A DNA stretch of 64,000 nt from an uncultured Clostridia bacterium (GCA_934631025.1 CAKTXR010000010.1:4842-68841); one strand, 5' to 3'. Counted from the stretch's first letter, positions 35,399 to 45,463 are shown. Notes: generated by a model not told the origin, from the sequence alone. Made by a program: numbers and translations.

Positions 35399-35647
35399 TC
35401 ATAGCCTGTGAAGTTCAAAGCCCCGCTCGGCCGCCGCGTCCCGCAGCACGTCGTACAGCGCGCGATGGAAGGCGCTGTTCTCGTCATAGCCGCAAAACTC
35501 AATCGCCTGCGCGTCCGGCCAGTCGGTCAGCGCGTCGTAAAGCGCGTCCAGATTGTCGCCAAAATGCGCGGGCAGCGCCAGCCTTTCCCGCAGATAAGCG
35601 TAGGCCTCGGCGCGCGCGCGCATGGCGTCGCCGTCCAGCACGATCAT
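35399..35647 (-). CDS. barstar family ribonuclease inhibitor
   Basis: An 82-aa acidic protein reading FGDNLDALYDALTDW, matching the barstar pattern. It lies immediately downstream of the barnase-like gene. Confidence 0.85.
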   Translation of the reverse strand: MIVLDGDAMRARAEAYAYLRERLALPAHFGDNLDALYDALTDWPDAQAIEFCGYDENSAFHRALYDVLRDAAAERGFELHRL

Positions 35648-35659
35648 ATCGCCGCCCCC

Positions 35660-36139
35660 TTACGGATAAACCGTTTCAAAGCTCGCATAGTGGTCGCTCG
35701 TGTAGTAGATATGCTCAATATCCTGACAGTAGATGAGCCGCTTCGCGCCGCGCGCGCCGCCGTGATAGTCGATATCGCACTCGTAATACACGTCGTCCTC
35801 GGGCAGCAGCCCCTCGCGGTTGCCGAATCGGTCGCCGCCGATGCTCATGCCCTCGGCGTACGCCCACAGATCGCCGCCCGGCCAGCCCAGCGCGCGGGCT
35901 TCCGATTTGGTGATGTAGTTGGAGGGCAGCTCGCCGTACAACAGCAGATACGCGCTCACGTCGTCCTTTGAGGTATAGGCCGCGTCGCGTTCGGATACGG
36001 TATCTGCCGCTTCACTCGGCGCAGGCAGAAGCGCGCCGAGATCATTCAGATCGCCCAGCGCCGCGCAGCCCGAGAGCGCAATGAGCAGCGCGAAAATCAG
36101 CGCCAGCGCGGCAAAGCGCCGCTTCAGTTCAGCCTTCAT
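35660..36139 (-). CDS. secreted barnase-type ribonuclease (probable lipoprotein)
   Basis: NYITKSEARALGW...SIGGDRFGNREGLLP...YYTSDHYASF closely parallels B. amyloliquefaciens barnase. The signal peptide has the lipobox LSGC. ATG 36139 overlaps the HAD gene stop (ATGA). Confidence 0.88.
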   Translation of the reverse strand: MKAELKRRFAALALIFALLIALSGCAALGDLNDLGALLPAPSEAADTVSERDAAYTSKDDVSAYLLLYGELPSNYITKSEARALGWPGGDLWAYAEGMSIGGDRFGNREGLLPEDDVYYECDIDYHGGARGAKRLIYCQDIEHIYYTSDHYASFETVYP

Positions 36140-36957
36140 GCCTTCAGCTCGCTTTCGATATGGTCGATCAGACCCGCAATCGCGCCCTGATCGTGATCGC
36201 ACACCACGACGGCGCCGGGCAGATTCTTCAGCACAGGCAGGCCGTTCTGCGGCACGGCGCGGCGGTCGGCGGCCTTCAGCATGGCGACGTCGTTTTCATA
36301 ATCGCCGATCGCCCAGAGCGTGCCGTGTCCAATCAGTTCGCGCATATAGCCCAGCATCGCGCCCTTCGTGCCGGTGGACGGCTGAATCTCCAATATGTTT
36401 TCCGAGGCGCGCACGCTGACGAAGCGCTCGTCCAGCTGCCGGAGCATCTCCGCCGCGCCGTCGATCTCGTCCGCAGGGCCGTCGAAGGCCACCTTGTACC
36501 ACCCGCCGCGCGGCATTTTGTCGAAGGGCACCTCGCGCATGCGCTCCGGCGCGTAATAGTTGATCCACTCCGCGCCCGGATACATGTGCGGAAGATAGTA
36601 GTTGTCGTCCTTCATGCTGATGCGAAAGCCCACATTCGGAAAGGTGGAAACGATCCTGAGCATCGTCTGATCGAGCGCGCGGTCGTCCAGAAAGACCTCG
36701 CGCAGCTTTTCGTGCGTCTTGAGATCGATGATATACGAGCCGTTGCAGCCGATCGCGGGGAAATTGCAGATCTTGCCGATGGGCGGGATGTCATGCTCGA
36801 TGAGGATATACTCGCGGCCCGTCGCCACGGTGAAGCGACCGCCGTTTTGCTGAAAATAGCGGATTTTTTCCATATTTTCCGGCACGATCCGGCTGTTTTT
36901 GCCCAGGAACGTCCCGTCCAGATCCGATACGATGACAATGCCGTCAAACAGCGCCAT
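36136..36957 (-). CDS. Cof-type HAD-IIB family hydrolase
   Basis: It has IVSDLDGTFL (motif I) and the C-terminal GDYENDVAML. Confidence 0.85.
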   Translation of the reverse strand: MALFDGIVIVSDLDGTFLGKNSRIVPENMEKIRYFQQNGGRFTVATGREYILIEHDIPPIGKICNFPAIGCNGSYIIDLKTHEKLREVFLDDRALDQTMLRIVSTFPNVGFRISMKDDNYYLPHMYPGAEWINYYAPERMREVPFDKMPRGGWYKVAFDGPADEIDGAAEMLRQLDERFVSVRASENILEIQPSTGTKGAMLGYMRELIGHGTLWAIGDYENDVAMLKAADRRAVPQNGLPVLKNLPGAVVVCDHDQGAIAGLIDHIESELKA

Positions 36958-37094
36958 AACTCAACTTCCCTTCGTTTTTTGAACTCAGCGCTTTCTACTT
37001 TATCATGCTTCGACGCGCCGTTCAAGCAAGTTTCTGTTGCTTTGCGCGATAAAAAGCGGCTCTCCCGCGCCTGGGGGAAAGCCGCCTGTATTTG

Positions 37095-37994
37095 TTATGC
37101 CCATTTCCGCTTCCCGATGGGCAGCTGCGCCAGTATGATGGCCGCGAACAGCAGCGCGCAGCCGAACAGCTCGCGGCCGCTCAGCCCCTGCCCGAGGATC
37201 GCCCAGCCCGCCAGCGCCGAGAACACCGATTCAAGGCTCATCAGCAGCGAAGCTACGGTGGGATTGACGTTCTTCTGCGCCACGATTTGCAGCGTGTAGG
37301 CCACGCCGCTGCTCAAAACGCCCGTATAGAGAATCGGCAGCCACGCCGCGGCGATCTTGTGAATATCCGGCTTTTCAAAGAGGAACATCAGCACGGCGCT
37401 CAAGCCGCCGCACACGAAAAACTGTATGCAGGACATCCGCACGCCATCCACATTCGGTGAAAAATGATCGATCACCGTGATATGCACGGCGAAAAACAGC
37501 GCGCAGAGCATACACAGCGCCTCGCCACGCCCCAGCGACAGCGAGCCGGTCATGCACAAAAAGTACATTCCCACAACGGCCAGCGCCACGCTGATCCACA
37601 GCGCCGCGCCGGTCTTGCGCCCGAAGAACAGGCCGAGGATCGGCACGAGCACGATATACAGCGCGGTAATGAAGCCCGCCTTGCCCGCCGTCGTATACAG
37701 CAGCCCCACCTGCTGGAGCGTGCTGGCCAGAAACAGCACAACGCCGCAGCACAGCCCGCCGATCCACAGCGCCTTTCCGCCCTTTTCACGCGACGCATCC
37801 GGCTCCTTCGCCCTGACCGCGTCCATGACCTTTATGCAGGGCAGCAGCACCAGCCCGCCGATGATCATGCGCACGGCGTTGAACGTATACGGCCCCACGT
37901 CCTTCGCGCCCTCGCTCTGCGCCACGAACGCGACGCCCCAGATCAGCGCGACCAGCACCAGCAAAAGACTGTTTTTGAGCCTTGCGGCTTTCAT
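37095..37994 (-). CDS. DMT family transporter (EamA-like, 10 TM helices)
   Basis: It has two EamA-like halves (LIWGVAFVAQ...). A GGGTGAGGA SD precedes ATG 37994. Confidence 0.85.
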   Translation of the reverse strand: MKAARLKNSLLLVLVALIWGVAFVAQSEGAKDVGPYTFNAVRMIIGGLVLLPCIKVMDAVRAKEPDASREKGGKALWIGGLCCGVVLFLASTLQQVGLLYTTAGKAGFITALYIVLVPILGLFFGRKTGAALWISVALAVVGMYFLCMTGSLSLGRGEALCMLCALFFAVHITVIDHFSPNVDGVRMSCIQFFVCGGLSAVLMFLFEKPDIHKIAAAWLPILYTGVLSSGVAYTLQIVAQKNVNPTVASLLMSLESVFSALAGWAILGQGLSGRELFGCALLFAAIILAQLPIGKRKWA

Positions 37995-38198
37995 AATCCT
38001 CACCCTTTGTTTCTTTTTACCGCATAGTCTATCACGCCGCAGGGAGACGCTCAAGCGCGCTTTTCTTAATTCCAGATTGCATTTTGATGCAGCGAAATGC
38101 CTGCACCGTCAATAAGTTTGTATATTTATGCGTGCGACTGTCTAAAAAAGCCCGCGTCCCCATGAAGCGCGAGGATGCGGACTTCTATTTCATCGGTC

Positions 38199-38459
38199 TT
38201 ATTTGGCGACGGTCGCCGTGCCGTCCTTGATCTGCATGAGCGCGATCGCCAGCTGATCGGGACAGGACGTGCCGCCGCGACACTGTATGCCCTTGAGACG
38301 CGCTATGGCCTCGTCGATGTCCATGCCGGCCGCCAGCCGCGCCACGCCCTGCGTGTTGCCGGTGCAGCCGCCGATGAAGTGAACGGACTTAATGGTGCGG
38401 CCGTCCATTTCGATTTCAATGCCCTGCGAGCAGGTGCCCTTCGTGCGATAAACGTACAT
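38199..38459 (-). CDS. TSCPD domain-containing protein (TIGR03905 family)
   Basis: GGCTGNTQG...RGGTSCPDQLA is present. A GGGAGGA SD precedes ATG 38459. Confidence 0.8.
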   Translation of the reverse strand: MYVYRTKGTCSQGIEIEMDGRTIKSVHFIGGCTGNTQGVARLAAGMDIDEAIARLKGIQCRGGTSCPDQLAIALMQIKDGTATVAK

Positions 38460-38533
38460 TATGATGTCCTCCCGTAATGTCATTGCCCCTATTATAGCAC
38501 GTTTGCGCGCGTTCGGCAAGCGAAACGTGCTTT

Positions 38534-39304
38534 TCAGGAAAGGCGCAGCCGCTCATGGAAGAAGCCGTACAGCTGCGGCGGCGCGGCGATCACGTTGCCG
38601 GTGATCAGGCAGTCCTCGTCCTGCCAGCCGCCGGCGCGCCCGCCCGCCTCGCGGACGATCAGCACGCCCGCGGCGATGTCGTAAATATTCAGGCACGGCT
38701 CGAAATACGCGTCCACGCGGCCGCACGCCACGCAGCACAGATCGAACGCCGCCGAGCCCATGCGCCGGAAATCGTTGACCTCGGGCAGAATTTCGGCCAG
38801 CAGCCCCATGAGCCGCTTCGACACGTCCGGCACGCGCGCGGCAAAGCTCATCGCCGTCACGGCGCTGCCGGGATCGGTCACATCGGACACATGAATCGGC
38901 TTTCCGTTCAGGAACGCGCCGCCGCCCCTGACCGCGGAGAACATCTCGTCCAGCGCCGGCGCATAGACCACGCCCGCGACCACATCGCCCGCGCGCAGAT
39001 AGGCGATCGATATGGTGTAGAGCGGAATGTTTTTGATGAAGTTGGTCGTGCCGTCGATCGGGTCGATCACCCACATGCCCTCGCTCTTTTTCCGCACGCC
39101 GCCCTCCTCGCCGTAAAAGCCGTCCTCGGGATAGCGCGCGCTCAGCTCGGAAATGATCATCTGCTCCGAGGCGCGGTCGGCGTCGGTCACGAAATCCTTG
39201 GCCGATTTGTTTTCAACGTGAAAATCCCGACGGCCGCGCAGCATTGCGCCTGCGCGGCGCGCCGCCTCCATGGCCGCGTTCAGTCTGTCCGTCCAGTCGT
39301 TCAT
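38534..39304 (-). CDS. inositol monophosphatase family protein
   Basis: WVIDPIDGTTNF and the SAAFDLCCVACG-type motifs are present. Confidence 0.9.
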   Translation of the reverse strand: MNDWTDRLNAAMEAARRAGAMLRGRRDFHVENKSAKDFVTDADRASEQMIISELSARYPEDGFYGEEGGVRKKSEGMWVIDPIDGTTNFIKNIPLYTISIAYLRAGDVVAGVVYAPALDEMFSAVRGGGAFLNGKPIHVSDVTDPGSAVTAMSFAARVPDVSKRLMGLLAEILPEVNDFRRMGSAAFDLCCVACGRVDAYFEPCLNIYDIAAGVLIVREAGGRAGGWQDEDCLITGNVIAAPPQLYGFFHERLRLS

Positions 39305-39317
39305 CCTTTGTTCCTCC

Positions 39318-40079
39318 TTACAGGATCCAGTCGCGCGCTACGGCGAAAAACTCGCGCATATAGTAATTGACCAGCGTCAGGCGCGCGCATGCCGACGAGT
39401 TGCCGCTGACATGGGTCAGCCCCGCTTCCCTCGCGACGGCCAGCGCGCGGTACATATGATAGCCGGTCGTGGTCACGACGACCGACGCGTCCTTTGAGGT
39501 CATCATGGCCGCGGCGTTTTTGAGATTTTCAGTCGTGTTGGTCGATTGATCCTCGATCAGCAGGCGATCCGCGTCGATGCCGCGCGCGATGAGCGCCTTG
39601 TACATGGCCTGCGCCTCGGTCATCGGCTCGTCCTTCCCCTGCCCGCCGCACAGTATCGCCACGGTGTTTTCATTATTGCGCAGATATTCCGCCGCCTTGC
39701 CGATGCGTTCGTTCAGGAGCCGCGACGGGCCGCTCTCCTTGACGCGTGCGCCCAGCACGACGACGTAATCCGCGTTCGGCTCAGGCGCGGCCAGACTGCC
39801 CGCAACAATTCGGCTCTCCACGCCGATGACGACGATCAGCGCCGCCGCCATGAGCACGCCCAGCGCGACCGACGCGCCGCGCGCCGCCGCCGGACTGAGC
39901 CGGCTCAGCCCAAACGCCGCGCCCAGACACAGCGCGCCCAGCGCCAGCCAGAACAGCTCGAAGCCCGCCTTAAAGCCCAGATACATCGCCAGCGCGACAT
40001 AATAAAGGATCGAAACGCCGCCCAGCACCGCCATAAGAGCGATCATCGCGCGCACTCCTCTCTGTATGTTTCTCTTCAT
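39318..40079 (-). CDS. YdcF family protein (DUF218, membrane-anchored)
   Basis: N-terminal TM helices are followed by YVVVLGA...ILCGGQG...STNTTENL, which are DUF218 motifs. Confidence 0.8.
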   Translation of the reverse strand: MKRNIQRGVRAMIALMAVLGGVSILYYVALAMYLGFKAGFELFWLALGALCLGAAFGLSRLSPAAARGASVALGVLMAAALIVVIGVESRIVAGSLAAPEPNADYVVVLGARVKESGPSRLLNERIGKAAEYLRNNENTVAILCGGQGKDEPMTEAQAMYKALIARGIDADRLLIEDQSTNTTENLKNAAAMMTSKDASVVVTTTGYHMYRALAVAREAGLTHVSGNSSACARLTLVNYYMREFFAVARDWIL

Positions 40080-40152
40080 AGCCGTCTTTCTCCTTCTGTT
40101 ATTCCCAATTTTTGACGCGCCGATGCGGGGATTCGTTCCAAACGCCGAATGT

Positions 40153-40179
40153 TAAAAGGAGAGGACGCGCGTCCTCCCC
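40153..40179 (-). terminator. intrinsic terminator
   Basis: On the minus strand, GGGGAGGACG-CG-CGUCCUCUCC is followed by UUUUAAC. Confidence 0.7.
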
Positions 40180-40193
40180 TCCCTTGTTCCCCC

Positions 40194-41639
40194 TCAGCAC
40201 ACCGGCCGGACGATCACCCAGTAGCCGCTGCCTGTATCGCCGCGCCAGGCATAGCCCTCCAGACCGGGCGGCGGCTCCGGCGTATAGCGCGCCGGTATGC
40301 CGTACAGCACGCGATCGGGCTTGCCGCCCGCGCAGGACAGCCCCGCGATGCAGTGATCCAGCCCCGTCTCGGGCGCAATCGGCGCCTTGATCAGCACGAA
40401 GCCCTCCGCGTCGAACGGTCGGCAGGACGCGCGCGTTCTGTAGAGCCTTCTCAGCGGCTCGATGCAGGCCGGCCACGGATTGTCGCTGTCCGTGTCAAGC
40501 TCCGCAGCCGCGCAGCCGTTTTCGCAGTCGTCGCCGGTATTCAGGCGCGCCGGCGTATCGAACGCGTCGGGGCGCGCGCCGTCCTGCGCCGGTGTGTCGA
40601 ACGCATCGGGCGACGCGCCGTCTATGGCTTCCGCCGAATCTGTGCTTTCAGGCGCATCGCCGCCCTCCCGAGTCTGCCCGACGGACTGCGGCACGGCGCT
40701 GTGTTGCGCCTCAGCGCTCGGCTGAACCGGCTCATCAGCGCTTTGCGAGGTATCGCCGCGCGCTTCTGCCTGACCGGCGGAGTGCGGCGCGGTTTCCTGC
40801 CGAGACTGCGCTTCAGATACGGCCGCTTCATTTGCCGCCCGCGGCTCGCTCGAAAATGTGGGCACAGCCGCCGCGCTCTCGACCGGCTCGCTCTCGCCGT
40901 CCGTCGCGGAAGGCGCGTTGTCCGCAAGCGGAAGCGACACCGCGCCGCCGTCCACAACCGGGCGATCGGGATTGAGCGGCAGCGACGCCGCGCCGCCGTC
41001 CACAACCGGGCGATCGGGAGTCAGCGGCAGCGACGCCGCGCCGCCGTCCACAACCGGACGATCGGGAGTCAGCGGCAGCGACGCCGCGCCGCCGTCCACA
41101 ACCGGGCGATCGGGATTGAGCGGCAGCGACGCCGCGCCGCCGTCCGGGCAGATCTGACAGCAGTCCGGCGTACAGATCGGTGGAATGGGCGCACCCTGAT
41201 CGACCAGCGGCCGGTCGGATGTGCCGCTCGTGGCAAAGCTCTGGCAGACTGCCTGACGCACCTGCGGCCAGTCGACCTCCCGCGAGCCGTTGAGAAAACC
41301 GGCCAGCACCAGATCGCACACGCCGTCTTCCAGCGACGCCACCGCGACCAGCGTGTAATCCTCCAGCGCGCGCCCCTCGATAGAGCGCGGATCGAAGCGG
41401 TACACCAGCCCCGACTGACCGTAGCGCGCCGGGCCGAGCTGGCCGATCGGCTGCGCGTACCACAGGCCGTTGACCTGATAGAGCAGGAGCGCATAGAGCA
41501 GTTCGTCCTCGCGCGCGCCGGTCACGGTGAACTGCATCGTGCCGATCAGCGTACGCCGCTCCAGCCGGACATAGCCCGCAATGCCCGCGCGCAGGCTGCG
41601 CATCATGATCAGCGCCCGGCGATAATCATTCCTGAGCAT
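40194..41639 (-). CDS. hypothetical protein with internal tandem repeats (481 aa)
   Basis: A GGGAGGAGG SD lies 7 nt before ATG 41639. The N-terminal ~150 aa and C-terminal ~110 aa are non-repetitive. They are joined by a Pro/Asp/Ala/Ser-rich region that contains 16-aa and 13-aa repeats. I recognise no family. Confidence 0.7.
   Translation of the reverse strand: MLRNDYRRALIMMRSLRAGIAGYVRLERRTLIGTMQFTVTGAREDELLYALLLYQVNGLWYAQPIGQLGPARYGQSGLVYRFDPRSIEGRALEDYTLVAVASLEDGVCDLVLAGFLNGSREVDWPQVRQAVCQSFATSGTSDRPLVDQGAPIPPICTPDCCQICPDGGAASLPLNPDRPVVDGGAASLPLTPDRPVVDGGAASLPLTPDRPVVDGGAASLPLNPDRPVVDGGAVSLPLADNAPSATDGESEPVESAAAVPTFSSEPRAANEAAVSEAQSRQETAPHSAGQAEARGDTSQSADEPVQPSAEAQHSAVPQSVGQTREGGDAPESTDSAEAIDGASPDAFDTPAQDGARPDAFDTPARLNTGDDCENGCAAAELDTDSDNPWPACIEPLRRLYRTRASCRPFDAEGFVLIKAPIAPETGLDHCIAGLSCAGGKPDRVLYGIPARYTPEPPPGLEGYAWRGDTGSGYWVIVRPVC
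40936..41145 (-). repeat. 48-bp tandem repeat, about 4.4 copies, inside the CDS
   Basis: Unit starts are at 40936, 40984, 41032, 41080 and 41128. Units differ only at GGGATTGAG versus GGGAGTCAG and at a few single bases. They encode DGGAASLPL(N/T)PDRPVV. Confidence 0.95.
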
Positions 41640-42035
41640 GAAAAAACCTCCTCCCGTCCTCAAGATCCTATGACGGAAGGAGTGCGTTTTAGACGCTGCG
41701 CGCCGCGAAAGACAAGCCGAAACGTCTGTCAAGGGCGGTCGATTCGGGCAAGCCTTTTCAGCAGACGCAAGTCCCTCGGATTTGACGGCCGCCGTTCCGG
41801 CACGCTGAAACAGCCGCGCAGGGAATTTGCAATGTGCGCGCGGAATGGACCTGAAAAGGAAGGATCACAAGCCCTGCAGACTTTTCGTAAAGGCGCGGCG
41901 CTTGAGTCCCTTTGGCTCAAACCGCCGCGGTTCTCCGCGGAAACTTGGGAGCCTGAAGAGTCTCAATCCGGCTTCACGGTAAAAGCCCGCGCGTTCAGTG
42001 GCGCTCAATCAGGGGGAATTCACTCGAGAGTCAGC

Positions 42036-42059
42036 GAAAAAACGCTGAAATTTCAAGCG
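42036..42059 (-). terminator. intrinsic terminator after the RluA-family gene
   Basis: On the minus strand, a CGCUUGAAAUUUCAGCG hairpin is followed by U6. Confidence 0.55.
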
Positions 42060-42077
42060 CACTCAAGCCTGTGCCCG

Positions 42078-42920
42078 TCATTCAAACGCGCGGCAGGAAA
42101 AGCGCGGCCTGCTCTCAAACGTGTGCCCCAGCAGCGAAATCTTCACGCACCACAGCTGCGGCTGCGAAACGCGCCGGCGCCGGTTTTCCTCGCGGTCGCC
42201 GTACTTGTCGTCGCCCAGGAGCGGCAGGCCGACATGGCTCAGGTGCGCGCGGATCTGATGCGTGCGGCCGGTCATCAGGCGCACCTCGAGCAGCGACAGT
42301 CCATCCCGCGCTTCGATGAGCCGATAGCGCGTCTCAATCGAGAGCGCGCCGGGCGCGGGATGATCCAGTATGCGCACATTCGCCGCGCTCGCGTCCTTCA
42401 CGAGATACGCCGTGAGCCGCGCTTCCTCGCGCGGGGGGTGTCCGACGGCGATGCAGCGGTACAGCTTGACGAGATCGTGCGCGGCGAAGGCCCTGAGCGC
42501 CGCCTGCTCGGCCCGATCGTTCTTGGCCGCGATCAGCACGCCGCCCGTGCCCGTGTCCAGCCGGTGACACAGCCGCGCCGAGGGGCAATGTGCCGTCAGA
42601 CGCGCCAGCATGGTATCGCCGCCCACGCCGCGCCCGTCCGAATCGACCGGCACGCCCGCGGGCTTATCGACGACGAGCCAGTCGCCGTCCTCATAGATCA
42701 CCTGAAGCGGCGCTTCGAAATACTTGTCGTCCACATAGATGGAAAGCGTATCGCCCGCGCGGACGACGGCTTCCGCGCCGCTTTTTGCGCCGTTGACGCG
42801 CACGTCCTTCTTCTTGAGCGTCTCGCGGATCAGCCAGGACGGCCACGCCGGAAACGCACGCGTGAGATAACTCTTGAGACCTGTTTCCGGCACGCCTGCC
42901 GGCACGGTATGCTGCCGCAT
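42078..42920 (-). CDS. RluA family pseudouridine synthase
   Basis: It has an S4-like N-terminus, the catalytic HRLDTGTGG motif, and GRTHQIRAHL. Confidence 0.88.
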   Translation of the reverse strand: MRQHTVPAGVPETGLKSYLTRAFPAWPSWLIRETLKKKDVRVNGAKSGAEAVVRAGDTLSIYVDDKYFEAPLQVIYEDGDWLVVDKPAGVPVDSDGRGVGGDTMLARLTAHCPSARLCHRLDTGTGGVLIAAKNDRAEQAALRAFAAHDLVKLYRCIAVGHPPREEARLTAYLVKDASAANVRILDHPAPGALSIETRYRLIEARDGLSLLEVRLMTGRTHQIRAHLSHVGLPLLGDDKYGDREENRRRRVSQPQLWCVKISLLGHTFESRPRFSCRAFE

Positions 42921-42937
42921 GAATATCTTCCCTTCAC

Positions 42938-42972
42938 GAAAAACGGAAGCGACTGAAATGAGCCGCTTCCGT
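42938..42972 (-). terminator. intrinsic terminator after the DUF3048 gene
   Basis: On the minus strand, ACGGAAGCG...CGCUUCCGU is followed by UUUUCG. Confidence 0.7.
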
Positions 42973-42989
42973 CTGTTCAGTATGGCGGA

Positions 42990-43964
42990 TTACTGCGCGA
43001 TTTCAAGCTCCTCGGCCTTCTTGATGAGCTGGATGAAGGTCTTGCCGGGCTTGAACACGACGACGTTGCCGTCCGCATCATAGTAGGTGGTGCTGGAGGT
43101 CACGCTGTCGCGCGTCCAGGTGCCGGTGAAGTGCTTGCCGTCGATGAAGTAGTCGCACTTGTTGCTGCCAGTCAGCGCCACGATCGGGCGCTCGGGCGCG
43201 CCGTTATACCAGCTGTAGTCGGCCTGCATGACGATGACGTTGGCGCAGGTGTACTGCTGACCGTTGCCGTCGAGCTGGCTGGCGCGGTTGTAGTAGCGAT
43301 AGTACACGCCCTCGGAAGCGTTGTACTCATAGGACGGATAGTAGCCCAAGCTCTGGCTGTAGCCGATGCGGAACACCTTCACGTCGTCGCCCTTGACGGT
43401 ATACGCGTCGGCGCTGAAGGTCAGCGGGGTGTGCGTGGTCGCCTTGGTCTCATCCAGGCCGTCGTAGATCTGCTTGAGGCGGGTCACGACGTTGTAGGGC
43501 GCGACGCGGCTCTTGTCGCGGTAGAAGTTCACGCCGTCGGACAGACCGTCGTAGCGGCCCTTGAGCGGCACGGTCTTGCTGTAGTCATAGACGCTGGAGC
43601 CGGCCATCTGCTGGCCGCCGAAGTGGACGAACGTCGCGTCCCAGTCCAGCGCCATGTCGATGTGCATGATGCGGGCGGAGCGGGTCGCCTCGACCGTCTC
43701 CGGAATGGTGTCGTTGAAGATCGCGGTGTAGCGGGTGTAGCCGCCCTGCCACATCTCGCCCTCGTAGATGACGTCCGCATCGATCATGTTGATCTGGGGA
43801 CGCGCCGCCGCCGTGTTGTCGAACTGCACGGCCAGCAGCTTCTGCTCGGTCTTGTCGGTCGGCAGGCCGGTCGTCACCGAGTAATTGACCGCCTCGCCCT
43901 CAGCCAGCGCAGCGGCCGAGAAAACAAAAATCATCGCGATAAACAGGCTAATGAACTTCTTCAT
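42990..43964 (-). CDS. DUF3048 domain-containing secreted protein (YerB-like)
   Basis: The signal peptide is MKKFISLFIAMIFVFSAAALA. AVQFDN...ADVIYE...GGYTRY..IF matches the DUF3048 pattern. An AAAGGAG SD precedes the start. Confidence 0.78.
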   Translation of the reverse strand: MKKFISLFIAMIFVFSAAALAEGEAVNYSVTTGLPTDKTEQKLLAVQFDNTAAARPQINMIDADVIYEGEMWQGGYTRYTAIFNDTIPETVEATRSARIMHIDMALDWDATFVHFGGQQMAGSSVYDYSKTVPLKGRYDGLSDGVNFYRDKSRVAPYNVVTRLKQIYDGLDETKATTHTPLTFSADAYTVKGDDVKVFRIGYSQSLGYYPSYEYNASEGVYYRYYNRASQLDGNGQQYTCANVIVMQADYSWYNGAPERPIVALTGSNKCDYFIDGKHFTGTWTRDSVTSSTTYYDADGNVVVFKPGKTFIQLIKKAEELEIAQ

Positions 43965-44182
43965 AAACTTGACTCCTTTCGTGTTGTCTCTCTGATTATA
44001 CCACACCGGTCAAATTATTGCAACAGCTTTATTATACGTCACTCTTCCGAAATATATTCGAAATATTTGGCAGTTTGAATACGTTCTATTGCGCATCTGC
44101 GTATACAAAGTTCCCGCTGCCCGCAAAAAACGCCGCACGAAAAAGAAATGCTCTCTTTCATACGGCGAATATTACTATTGTG

Positions 44183-45445
<1,263 letters not shown>

Positions 45446-45463
45446 TTTTTCCCTTTCCGAGCA

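Noticed and set aside
33565-36202. A prophage remnant or mobile island (CI-like repressor, XRE regulator, barnase/barstar).
   Set aside because: I see no integrase, recombinase, transposase, terminal repeats or tRNA-flanked junction. Apart from short spacers, the composition matches the flanks.
40936-41145. The 48-bp tandem repeats, and the 115-nt array at 54576-54945, as possible CRISPR arrays.
   Set aside because: The 48-bp units are contiguous with no unique spacers, and they lie in frame inside a CDS. The 115-nt units are degenerate, also lack spacers, and no cas genes are present.
41847-41866. An SRP-RNA-like string, GGACCUGAAAAGGAAGGAUC.
   Set aside because: It only superficially resembles the domain IV consensus (CAGGUCCGGAAGGAAGCAGC). 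The orientation and order of the pieces are wrong on both strands, and there is no flanking helix 5/8 pairing.
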